Both the position numbers and the translations under genes were made by a program. Of a stretch of DNA of 64,000 nucleotides, positions 41,820 to 55,000 are shown one piece after another (the first letter of the stretch is position 1; each line of letters starts with the position of its first letter). This DNA comes from Proteromonas lacertae (Eukaryota): the NCBI GenBank assembly GCA_002245135.1, contig NGBS01000013.1, positions 62,001 through 126,000 on the forward strand, read 5' to 3'. The notes beneath the pieces are model-generated. The model worked only from the letters and a program-made list of their open reading frames with translations, had not been told where the DNA came from and made no database searches.

Positions 41820-42621
41820 ATGATACAGAGTCAACATCAATCATCATGTTGGTGTAGCTGCTGTTTGAGATATGGTTTGCCGTCTGTTACTTCAATACAA
41901 ATTGTATATTTTATTGATTCTAGTTAAATAGATAGTTTCATTAATTATATTAACCATTGCAGGAGTGTTGTATTATGATTCTATTGAATCTCGTATTTTT
42001 CTATTTAATATCAATAGATGGAATGATTTCAATAATTTTACCAAATTACACATGTTTAGGAGGATCTTTCGTATTTATTATTAGTGCAGCCGGAATATTT
42101 GCATGTTGTTGCTCTCCAACAAGTTTTGGAGCTTCATTATTCACAACATTGTATAAATACACTCATATATATATATATATATATATATAATTAGATATGC
42201 TGCATTTATGTTTGCTGCTGTAACTACTCAGATTATAGCTGGTATAGGATTATTACAAATAGTTGGAAAAAGTTCATATTATCCAACTCCATTTTTAGAA
42301 ATTCGTGAAGCATTTGAAAAAGGAGTATTATATCATTATACCATATGCTGTTCAGAAGATGATGATGATTATATTCATACAAATAGTACATCTCAGTGTT
42401 ATATTCAAGAATATGATTGTTCAACATACAATTTATTTCGAAGTAGTTGTATAAATGAGTTTAATGAAAGATATAATAACTATTTCACAGAAATAGTTGT
42501 TTGTTTGTGTTATGAAGTGTTTGTATTTTTCATAGTTTGTAGTTTGAGTCATGCAAATGATAGAGAACAGTTTGGTAATTTACCTTGTTGTAGAAGATTA
42601 GAAACACCATTAGTTAATTAG
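41820..42621 (+). CDS. Small four-TM membrane protein, tetraspanin-like
   Basis: Three N-terminal hydrophobic helices, AGIFACCC, a large loop with CC and further Cys, then a fourth TM helix. Confidence 0.45.
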
Positions 42622-42812
42622 ATGAAATTTAATTTTTAATATTTAATTTTAACTTTATGTTTTATTTAATTATTCATATAAATTCCAACAAAAATATATA
42701 ATAATTTTAGTATTTTGAGTAATATCCCATGAGAAAAATGAAATGAAAGAAATAATGAAACGATTATATTTCAGTAATTGTTTCAATTTTGAAAAAAGAA
42801 ACAGTTTAATAA

Positions 42813-43688
42813 ATGCCTTATGAAATACATCATGGAGTATTATCAGACGATGTTTATGGCTATTATAAAGCCATAGATAAGAATGGAGTATTATATATCG
42901 TTGTTTATACCTAATTTCATAGATTACTCATCGTTCATCTTCAAGATGTAATTATCCAATAACAGAGAATGAGAAAAAGTCAATAAAAAAGAAACGAGAA
43001 GAATTACGAAAAGGTAGAGGATTTGGCTGTCCTATTGATAAACCTTACTCTCCATTAGGAAATATTCAATCTGTATTTAATTTAAAAGTGAAAAAGATAG
43101 GAGGTAAGGTGATAGAAGAACCTCCTGCTGTTGCACCTCCAGAACCACCTACTTCTCCAGAAATAACTCAACCTATCTATTCCTCAAAGAAAACAGATGA
43201 AAAAAGTAGTGGTTATTTAGCCATTAGAGAAAGAGTAAAGAATTCAGAAAAAATATTAAAAAACATTCAAACAGGTAAAAGTTATTTCAATTATTTAAAA
43301 GACAATAAAATTGAAGATCAATTACAATTTGTTAGTAGAAATATGTGTCCCGATAAAGTAACTATCAAACCACCAACACCAAAACCATTAACTGAAAGGT
43401 TAAAAAAGAAATTTCATAAAATTGATTCTCAATATCAAATTAATAATATCAACACGATCATTAATCAATCTCATTTGAACGATAATGAAAATGATGAAAA
43501 TGATGATGATTCATCTTCATTTTCTTCTTCTTTTTTATATTATATGAATTCACCTCCTTCTCCAATTCATAAACCACAAAATAATTTCAGTAATTATAAT
43601 AACAATGATAAAAACAATAAAAGTCGAAAAAAGAAAAAAAATAATAACATAAAGAGAAAAGATGAAATTCCACAATTAAAGTATAATA

Positions 43689-43723
<35 letters not shown>

Positions 43724-44732
43724 TTATTTATAGATTGCCATCTTTAAATAATGCTACTTCAATAAAAACACCATTAACAGAAAGAACAAATAATGATTCA
43801 TTAGTAGATGAAGTATATACTCCTTTAACATCCAGAGAAAAACAAAATAATAATAAAACAAAATTACCAAATTATATATTTAAATCAACTGTACCAGCCA
43901 GTAATGATGATTTATATAAATTTCCAGAAATTTCTAATATTAATATTGATGAAGCATTAAAATCAGAAAGAGTATATATATATATATATATAGTTTTATT
44001 TTTTAATTCTATTTAGACTACTCCAATTCCATCATTTGAATCACTTTCCAATATCCCATCCAATTTAGATCCAATTCACAACTTAAAGAAGTTATGCAGA
44101 GATTTCAAACTCTATGAAACAAAAGCACAAGAAAAATTAATTTTGAAAATAAATATAATGGATTTTCATCGAACAGAACAAATATATAATAAATACAATG
44201 TATAATATTAAGTAAGTAATAATAATAATAAATAAATAGTCATTTAAAGTAGTAAGTAACACAATGAATGATGATTTAGAATTAATGAGATTAAATGCTG
44301 AAGAAATGAGTATAAAAGAAAGAATAAAAAACATTGAAAAGAACATTTGGTATATCGAATTAATTGATAAAGCCCAAGAGATTTCACCTGAATTATTAAC
44401 ACCAATTAAAAGGTTTTTACTCTGTATACAGCAGATAGTAGAGAATGGTGTGAAATTTACTACTTCTTTGTTTTATTATATTCAATTGTATATATTGAAT
44501 GATGAAGATAGAAAGTGTAATGAATTGATCAGTTTATTAGAATATACGAGGAAGAATATATTGTTTTTAGATGTTAAAGAATATGCTGCATTTTTAGAAA
44601 AACATCATTTACAAGTATTATATATATATTTGTCTATCAATCTATTAGATTCCTAAAACTCTTCAATCTGATTTATTAACATTATCATATCTTGAACAAA
44701 GTCGAAATAAAAGGAATAAAGATAATAAATAA
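42813..44732 (+). CDS. Hypothetical protein (multi-exon)
   Basis: Co-linear plus-strand ORFs joined by GT-AG introns; no family recognised. Confidence 0.55.
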
Positions 44733-44791
44733 ACATTGTAATTATATATATGTATGTATAAAAAAATAAATGTGCAAATTATTAAAAACGA

Positions 44792-45937
44792 TCAATATTC
44801 TGGAAGTGCATAATCTATATTTATTAGTTATATATATATTGGTAATTATACCTATTGTTAGATTTGGACATGTTTTCTTTATATTATCGTATATTTTCAT
44901 CCATTTTTTCTTTTCTGATTCTTCATTTGCATCTTCTTCCCCAATATTAGATATGAAGAAGGAAAATAGACTTTTACATTTGTTTAAACTTTTCATTACA
45001 TTTCTTATACCTTGTCTCTTAATTGAATTATCTAAATTTCATAATTCACAATAATAAATACTATTTAATGATAATAGCTCTAGTTTTTCTGGACTTTTGT
45101 CCAAATAATCACTCAAATATAGCATACCTTCTTGATTGAACTTATTTCCATCTAAATATAACTCTTTTAATTTTGAACAACTTTTGTATAGTAATTTTAT
45201 ACTTTTTAATCCATCATTACTTATCAAATTATCTATAGTAATCAAATATAAATAGAATATTACTTGAGAATATAAGACTTTCAATTAAATGATCAGATTT
45301 TTCCATACTTTTCATCAATATTTCAAACAAATGATCATCTATTTTACAATCTATCATAATTAGATTAAAATTATTAAAATATACTTGTAAGATCTAATGT
45401 TGTAATATGTACAGATGGTAATGAAATGTATTTACATACTTCTATGATGATATTTTCATTTAAAACATTATCTGAAAGATCTAACGTGTATAATTCTGGA
45501 AATTTTGATGCAAATGTTTCACTGAATAATACAGCTGGATTAATATCTTCCCAATTATTCTCTATATGAAATAACCATTACGATAAGAAATACTAACAAA
45601 GATATGAACAACATTTATGTGAGACAAATCATATCCTTTAAATCCTTCAATAAGCAAACGACATAACTCTGGCATTATTGATACTATCCAATATAAGGGC
45701 TACAATAAAAAATACCATCTAGAAATGTTTTTGACTTATCATCTGCTAATTTTTTCATAAACTTTTCAAAACCTGATACTCCTACTGATGTATCATCATC
45801 AAAATGAGCTAATGCAATAATAGAGTTAAAGATATACATCTTTCATCAATTGTTTGTGATTTAGGCGTATCTAGTAATAGACAAAATGATATGAATTTAA
45901 TACCAACATAATCTGTTTCTAAGTTATATCTTTTCAT
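44792..45937 (-). CDS. RNI-like leucine-rich repeat protein (multi-exon)
   Basis: LYTLDLSDN, ITTLDLT|NC, LKELYLDGNKF, LELLSLN|NN repeats with introns at the same repeat position. Confidence 0.7.
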
Positions 45938-46002
45938 TTTCAAATCTCAAGCTCTTTACTCAAACTTATTGATTTATATCTTGATAGAGTCAGCAATTCA
46001 TT

Positions 46003-46998
46003 ATGAACAATAACAAAATATTATTGATTATAGTCCTATATAGTATATCTGTTTTTGGAATTGAGCAAATTTCTTCAATCAAAAATTTCAAAACGAGAGT
46101 ATATGGTGGTATAAATGATCAGATGTGTGTATCATTAATTGATAATTATATTGTATTTTATTACTTATGTCCAGATCCGCATCCAGATTTAGGTATAATC
46201 ACTTAAGAAACTTATATAAATTATTAAATAGATTGTTTTGTCTCAGTAAACAATGTTAATATGTCAAATTGGAAAATCACTGTTGTTAATAACACTCTGT
46301 CTTACATTCAGAAGAATGGTGATTATAACATAAAAATAAATAATGATGATTGTTCATATACACATGAAATTAAAGCCATTCCTACATTTTTTCCACACAA
46401 TACCAATACAAAATTAATGGAATTTAGGAAGTTGTTATTGGAAAAGAGAGTAGATAATCAACAAATAAATATAATTGTAGGTAGTGGATCCTATTATGGA
46501 TATGATAATTACAATTCTACTTGGTTAGAAACAGATCAAGATTTCTTTGATATTACAAAACGATATGATTTATTACAAGCATTACCTGCTGAAATAATTG
46601 ACAATGTGATATCTACTCATGTATTTGAACATTTATTTGCAGAAACATTCATAGATGCAATGATAAACTTAAAATACTTATTGAAGAGAGGTGGTGGAAT
46701 GTTTATTAGTGTCCCAGATATGAATTGTCATAAGAATTGGGCTGCAAATAACTTTGAAGAAGTGTTAGGATTAAATTTGATTGTAAATCATCGTTTTCTT
46801 TGGAGTTATAAATCTTTAAAGTATATTTATGAGTCATTAGGATTTGAAGTAACTCCAATTCAATATTTTGATGATAATCACCAAAAAGTGATAAATGATT
46901 ATATGATAAAACAAATGAAAAAGTATAAAGATTTGAACGACATATTAAATGCAGCTACTATGCATTATTCAGTAGCTATATATGTAAAGAAGTTATAA
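46003..46998 (+). CDS. Signal-peptide/anchor protein with a C-terminal class I SAM-methyltransferase-like domain
   Basis: Hydrophobic N-terminus; NIIVGSG motif I, IDNVISTHVFEHL, LLKRGGGMFISVPD; one intron ~46193-46231. Confidence 0.65.
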
Positions 46999-47088
46999 AA
47001 TAGTAAAATGGTTATAATCTATTGTGTTTTTTCTCCTCTTTACTATATGCATTTACACAAAATTATATATTCAATATACTCTTATTAA

Positions 47089-49574
47089 TCAAAAATTAAT
47101 TCCACTATTATTATTAATAAAAAAATATCCACTGTTTAGTATAACGGAACTATATTCTCTACATATTGGATCAATGTCATTTTTACTAATTTCTACTAAC
47201 CATTCACTTAATTCATTCAATTCATTAACAAAATACGATTCTAATATTACTTTAGGAGTAACTAATACCAATCTTGATAATAAATACAATACAGATATTC
47301 TAACATTATTATCTCTATGATATAAACAAATAAATATGATTTTCATTAATATTACATTATATTCTATAATCTTTATTGAATTATAACAACATTCATATAT
47401 TATTCCAATACAATATAATAATTTTGATAATAAATAACCATCTTTATTCAATAAATCAATTTGACGATTCTTGTGGTCTATTCCATTCATTAATGGAATT
47501 AAATATATATCACTATATTGTAAGAATTTGTTCTTTATTATCTTTGGTTTTTCTACTTTTTTAAATTCTTTCATTATTCTACCTATTCGTTTTATATCAT
47601 CTTTTTTATTTGCTTTTTCATTATTTTCATCTTCTTCTTTTACATCACATAGTTGTTTTGCACTTTCACTTAACATCTTCAATATCATTATTCTATACTC
47701 TAAATCTTTTTCTAACGAATAAAATTCTTTTATTAAGTAGGGAACTGTTTCTAATGGAATTAATGTGATTATTCTGATTATATTTCTATTTCGAATTTCT
47801 TCAAAATTTTCTAAGAAATAAGCATTTCTCATATTCAATAGTATAATACAGATTTTCAAACCATATTTTTCTATACCTACTGGAATGTTCTTTAATTGTT
47901 TAGCTAATGATAGTAAACTTACATCTCTCTTATCTATATTATCATCATCTTTCAATCCTTCAATTATATCTCGCAAATTGTTTTGATATTTCTCTTTACC
48001 AACCATTTTATTATCTTTTTCTATTAATTCATATGATTCTAAACTATCACTATCACTCTCATCATCATTATTTTCTTCATTTTCATTTTCTATATCATTT
48101 ATTAGTAATTCATATTCTTTAAATGTGTTATATTCTATTGGATCTATTATTAATAATGGATTTTCATAGATATTATTATTATTATTATTTTCAACATCAT
48201 TCTTTTTATCATTTTCAACTGTATTCTCATTATTTATTTCTGGATTTGTATAATGGTAATTAATACTATCATTTTCTTCATCATCTTCTTCATTTTCGGA
48301 AAATCCATCACATTCTATATTCTTATGTTCTTTATCAACAATATGGAATAATTTATTACTCATATATTCTCCATATCTTTTACAATATTCATTATTACTA
48401 TTCAATAAATGTTGAATACCATCCATCAAGTATAATAATCGATTATTATTATTTTCCACTTCTAAATCACTTTTTATCATTGATTCTAAACATTTCGTTA
48501 TTATTATACATACACATTTTTCTATTGATTTTTCATTTCTTAAACTAAACTCTTCTTTGGACCATTTTGGTAATATTTCATCCATTAAGGATAATATTAA
48601 GGATCGATTTATTGATTTGAGGTATTTTATAAAGATTTTTATTCTTTTTGATTGTAATGAAGTACTTAATAGTACGTTATTAATTATTGATTTATATTCC
48701 ATCTCATTCTCTATTGTGTCTTTATATAATGACAGAAATATCTCAAAATTCTATTATCATTATATTATATATAACAATATACTATTGACGAGGATTTACA
48801 TATTAATTTAAACATCTTTATTCTCACATTCAATGCATAAGAATTGAATTCTTTTATTAATACTCTTTTTTTCTCAAGATTATTTAAGGAACTAATATAT
48901 ATATCATTCAATAACTTCACAAATATTTCTAATCTTTCATTATCGAAATCTCTTATTATGGAGATTATTACATTGTTATTCTTTATTTTATTCTCTATCA
49001 AACCATCAAAATAACTACTTAGTAGATTGTAATAATAATTATTAATTTGTAAAAATCGTGGAATATTCTTTAAATAATAATTTGACATTCTATCAGCTAT
49101 TGATTTTAACAATTGAACTGTTAATTCTACATCAATGTAATTCTTTACATGCTTTTCACTTAGTTCACTTAATATTAATCTCAAATTATTTCGATTTAAC
49201 AGCACATTCAACATGGAAGTAAGGAAATTTGAGATTATTGAAGAGTTATTATTCTTTTCTTTCTTTTTTCTTTCTTTCATATATTCACATATAACTAATA
49301 TTGATAAAGGATATGTAGAACATTCGCCAGTAAAATAGTTGGACAAGTCTTCGATTATAGCTGGATTTAAACAATAAAGCCAGTTTTCAATTATTGAATG
49401 GGTTATCACCTTACCAATTGAATAATAATATCTACTTATAAATTTTGATTTTGTTGTTGGGGTTGATAAAAGATGAACTACAGCTTTGATACATTCTTTT
49501 ATCTTCTCTAAATTCATTGATCTTTTCATTATTTCAATTATTCCATTTATTTCTTCTCTATTTATTTCTGTCAT
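47089..49574 (-). CDS. TEL2: Telomere length regulation protein TEL2 (TTT complex)
   Basis: Acidic DESDSDSLESYEL, L.DII.GL, L..EFYS....L..RI.IL..L..SA.QL, KNKF...Y.IPLM, IDLL..D.YLL.KLL; one intron ~48732-48782. Confidence 0.82.
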
Positions 49575-51896
49575 TCAAAAAAAAGAAAATAAAATGAAAG
49601 AAGCTTGGCTTGATTAAATGAAAAAAAAAGTCTAGAAAATTCTCAAGCCTAAGTGTAAAAAGCTTGAATTTTTAATTGTTGTTTATTGTTGTTATAGAAG
49701 TTATTGCTGATTGAAATAAATGAATTCATTATCTGGATGGTTAAATGTTCATAAATATGAGGTATAATCAATTTTATCTTTTTTCTTTGTTTTTTTAGTT
49801 GTTGAGTGATAGAAATAGTAACAGAATGTGTAAAATTCGAGATGTGGATAATGGCTCAAAGAAGTTATTAAAGATATTGGATGTGAGTGAGTTAAATTCA
49901 AAAGTTGTTGCTGAAGTAGTTTCTACAATGAATAGAGTAAATAATGTGAATATAGATGGTTTAATGAAATACAAAGTGATAGAAAGAGATGAAAACTGTT
50001 TATATCGAATAATGAGAGAATATAAAACACATTTAGATGTTATTAACCCATTGAAATACTTTGAAGAGAATGGTGTATTTGAAGTATTGAATGGAATATT
50101 GAATATATTGAATGGATTAAATGAAGCAGGAACAATTCACAGTGATTTAAAACCATCGAATATCTTTTTAAATGATGAAAATGAAGTGATTTTGAGTGAT
50201 TATTGTAATAATTTATTGTTTAAAGGAAGAGAAGGAAGAATAAATCGAAAAGGAGATGATATATGTTTTGTTTGTTATGATGAATTATTAGGAAAAGAAT
50301 TAGATATTTTAAGTGATATTTGGAATTTTGGATTAATATTTTATTATATAAAAAGTGGCAAATATCCATTTGTTGGTAAAAATATGTTAGAAACAATGAA
50401 CAATATTCGAGATGTGAAGTATAATGCATTAGAATGTGAAAATGGAGATAAATTAAACTCCTTTTTAAGAAAGATACTTGTTAAAGAAAAGAAAGATAGA
50501 TTAAAATTGAATGATGTTTTATCTGAATTGAAAAGTATATAATATGATTATTATGATATAATAAAATAGAATTAAATGAAGCAGAACTTCCAGTCATTCC
50601 ATTTGAAGAAGAGAATATAAATATTGATGAAGAACTGAGTATAAATGATATAAATACATTTTAAACTAGAAAATCGAATAGATTAGTAATTAATAAATGT
50701 AAAACAGTAAATGGAAATGAATTGAGTATTAGTTGATGTATGTATAATATAATATTTAAATATAATAATTAGATTACATGAAAGACGAAGGAATGAAATA
50801 TTTATATTCAAAACTTGATAGAATGAATAATGTGACAAAAATAGCTATTCAATGTATGATAATTGAATAATATTATTTATAGCTAATGATTTAACTTCAA
50901 TTGGATTAAATACATTCTCAGAATGTTTAAAATTCTTTCCAAATTTAGAAGAATTGTGGTTAAGTTTTAATCCATTTGGTAATAATAGTTTAAAAATATT
51001 TTCAGAAAATCTTCATTTCATTCCAAAATTGAAGAAATTGGAATTATCTAGTATTAATTTTATCATAATTATTAAATAGGATTGTAAATTAGGAGATGAA
51101 GCAATGAAATATTTATGTTCACATTTTAAAGATATTCCTAATTTAGAAGGATTATCTTTATTTGGTATATTTTATGATAATAATAATGAATAGATAATAA
51201 AATAGGTGATAAAGGAATAGAATATTTATGTGAAAATATAAATGAAATACAAAAGTTGCAAATATTGGATTTGAATGATAATGAAATTGGTGATATTGGA
51301 GGAGAAATATTGATAAACAATCTTCATAAATGTAAAGAATTGAAGAATTTATGGTTGTATAATAACAAAATATCCAATTATGATGATTTTAAAAGAAGAA
51401 TTAAAGAAAATCATCCTAATAAAAGTTTAGAAATTGATTAATTGTTACAACAATTACATATTTACTTGATAATGCTTTTGTTTTTTCTATTATCCTACTA
51501 TTTGTTTATATTGAACATCTGTATATCTTTGATTATATTATATCTAAATAACTCTTTCTATATAATGATTTAATTGTCTAATCTATTTTCACATTTTTAT
51601 CCGTTTCAAGAATTGATATTTTAATTAAAAAAGATCTAATGTCTTCTATTCTAAATGACAGTGATTTAGTAAGTCGTGATCCTAAAATGAGAAAGAAAGC
51701 AGCATGTAAAGTTCGAGTAAGTCTAGAAATAGCTTTAAAAGATCAAGCAGTTGAAGAACTAACCAAACTATTTACGAATTTAACAACGGAAATATTTCAT
51801 TATATCAATAGTACTGATATTTACGATCGTTTAGGTGGTTTAACCATAATCGACTCAATTCTTGATATTCTTCGAAATGATATTCAAACTTTAGTT
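49333..51896. repeat. Left arm of the second inverted duplication (partner 59515-~62109)
   Basis: Contains the TEL2 5' end, a kinase-LRR gene and the TOR 5' end; the reverse complement recurs at 59515-62109 with substitutions and indels. Confidence 0.93.
49720..51441 (+). CDS. Divergent protein kinase (pseudokinase-like) plus LRR protein, copy 1
   Basis: LLKIL, IHSDLKPSNI, DYC in place of DFG, SDIWNFG, G.YPF; LRRs LEELWLSFNPFG and LQILDLNDNEIG. Possible extra base at the acceptor near 51080. Confidence 0.72.
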
Positions 51897-51923
51897 AAGA
51901 TTGGTAATAAATTCAGATTTTAG
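51639..51923 (+). pseudogene. Truncated duplicate of the TOR 5' end
   Basis: First ~86 codons nearly identical to 59772-59515, then an unrelated tail KIGNKFRF and a stop. Confidence 0.88.
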
Positions 51924-52020
51924 TTTAACATAAATCAGAATAATGTAATTCTCACATAAAACAATCATAATTATTAAAATAAGTATATAATATTAGTATA
52001 TATAATGTAATCAGTATCAT

Positions 52021-55000
52021 TTACCAAAATGGACACCAACCAATATATAATTGACATAAATTCACATGATCTGTTGCCATTCTAATCAATTTTTGAACTT
52101 GATCACTCACATTTAAACTCTCATGAATAAAATCTTTTCCTGTTAACTTATCATTTATTCGATTTATTATTGCTAAAGCTTTTTCATTTGATACATCATC
52201 ATCACCATTATTATTATTAGTATTATCAAATGAGATATGATTTTGGATTAAACTATTACTCAATTCTTTCTTTCCTTCTTCTTCTTCTCCCATTTCCTCT
52301 TCCATTTCTTCTTCCATTTTTCTTTCTACATTTTCTTTTTCTTTCATTTCTTTATTGACATTTTCTTTTTTATTCTCTTCATTTTCATCACTCAATAATC
52401 TCCAACTAACTAATGGATCATGAACAAATGCTTCTAATAAAGCCATTAATGATTCTTTATTATCATTTTCTCTTAGCACACTCATCACATTCACACAAGT
52501 AAATCGGAAAGATCCTTCAATTCCTCGAACTTCCATCGCATTTATTAACATTCGAGTTAATCGGAATGGAATTGTTTCAGGAAAATGATCTCTCATCATT
52601 GCCACTTCAAAACAATCACCAAAATCAATATGACAGATTTTACCTGTATCATTATCTAACATTATATTACTTGGATGTCTATCTCCTAAACCTAACATAT
52701 ATCCAACTATTGACATTATTCCCATTGAACGAGTGAAATTTGTTCTACGTTCTAACCAACTTTCACTATTTACACTTTTCAACCAAAACATTTTATTCAA
52801 ATCTTGACCTCGAGTTTTTTCTAAGGCATAATCAAATGCTTCAACTTTACCTATTATTGTCATATCATCAAAATTGGGACATAATTGATATATCAATTTT
52901 TGTTCTACATTTATTAAGATTCGATGACTTTCTCGATATTCTTTGATTATTCCATGAATTGTATTGTGATTTTCTACCCATCCAATTAAACCAGCATTAT
53001 TGGATAATGGACAAGCAACATATCTTCGAATACTTAGATTTCGACGACTACATTCACTATCACTCTTTAGCAATTGATTTACTAATCCAAATAATTGCAT
53101 CACTCTTTCATCTTGTCTTAAATCTTCATGACCTTTCAATAAATATGGATAATTAATTCCATCACTTCCAATTATTATGATTTTTCGAGGTCTTTGTTTT
53201 GGATGGAATTACAGATAGTTTAGGTTGAAATCCAGCTATACAGATATTCTCAGTTTTTACTTTATAATTTCCAGGTAAAACTAATTCTAGATTCTTTGCA
53301 GCTAATAGTTTTGGTGAAGCATATTCTAAATTGCACTGTATGTAATAAATTGATTTGACTTCGAATTATTTTAAATACATGATAATACATACTCCAAGCA
53401 GCATCTAAATGACTTTTATTATTTTCATCATTTTTATATTTCAATATCCATTCATGAGCTTCATCTAATTCTCTTCCTAAACTCTGTTGAAATGAAATTT
53501 CTTTCATTGTAACTGCTCCTTTTTTCATCATCACATGTAATTTTTCTAAGATATTAATCATTTCTTTTATATCATTTTGTATAAAGAAAGTTCGGCTTGC
53601 ATCTTCCAAACCTTCAAACCACATTTCACTCCATAAAATAGCCACTCTCATTAATTCACTACTTACCATTGTTGCTTGTTCTACTAATTCAGGATATTTC
53701 TCTTTCATTTTATATAAGATCTTCTGACCATTTCTTTGTTTATTCTCCGAATCTGAACTTACTGAAACTGTTAATGAATAGATTAATGATTGAGGATGAC
53801 TTTCACCTAATTTCGTCAAAATATCAACTAATAATTTACTAGTGCTTTTGTTAGTAATATTTAATCGAGCAATCAATTGAGGAATAACATCTAACCAAGT
53901 ATCAATTGAGATTTTATTAATACCTTCATTTAAACTGTTATTTATTTCATTTATATGACCATATCTAAACATCAATGTTAAGATTCGAAGAATATCTTGA
54001 ATTAAGTTTGAACCATGCAAATCTTTTGAATATAATATAGCTTTAAAGAATGAATTAACCGCATTTACAATTATTCGTTTAGTGTTTTCATCCATCACAT
54101 TTTCTAATTTGTTGTTATTATTCAACTCTTTTTCTTCTAATTTTTTTATATACATGAAATAGGTTAATGCTAATTGATGCCAAGTTTTACTATTCTTATT
54201 ATCAAATTCTATTGCTTTATCTAAAGCATTTAACATATTCTCAAGTATATCTTTATTCATTTTATGATCATTTCTAGCCAATAACCATTCACTATAAGTT
54301 GTAAAGATTTTTACACTCAAATTCTTTAATTCTCCATTCTTTATTGAATCATTTTCACATAATTCACTGATTTTAATAAATGCATTTTCTTTCTCATTAT
54401 TTTCACCATTACTATTCCATAAGAATTTGCAATAACTATAAATAATCACTGGTTCTAATGAAGCATCAGGTAATCGATTAATTCCTAAATCATATAAAAC
54501 ATTTGAAGCTAATTCTTTATGGCTTTGTTTTCTACATAACGTACTGAATTTTAACCAAGATTCTAAATTATCACTCTTTTTTAATACTAAAGATCGAACT
54601 AATAATACTTTATTCCATACATTTATATTCTTCTGACAACCTGTTAATCGTTTATTCCATATACATCGCAACTTATTTTCATCATTTCCTAGATGACTTT
54701 TATATTCAATAATCTCTTCCATTTCAGATAAATGTTGTAATTTTACTAATTGTAAATAACAACGATTATATCCTTCATGAATTAGAGTTGATAAAGTTGA
54801 ATGTAAATAATCTCGACATTGATGAATATAGTCTTTAGCTTTATTGAAGTTTTCATTATGAATTGATAATACAGCTTGCATAAATGCATCATCTGCACTT
54901 ACCGTCTCAATTTTATCACTATTTCCACTACCACTACTTCCACTGCCACTACTTCCACTACTTCCTCCACTGTTACTGTTACTGGTATTATCATTATTAT

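Noticed and set aside
54915..54990. Ser/Gly codon repeat within TOR
   Set aside because: An in-frame low-complexity loop in the FAT region, not a separate element.
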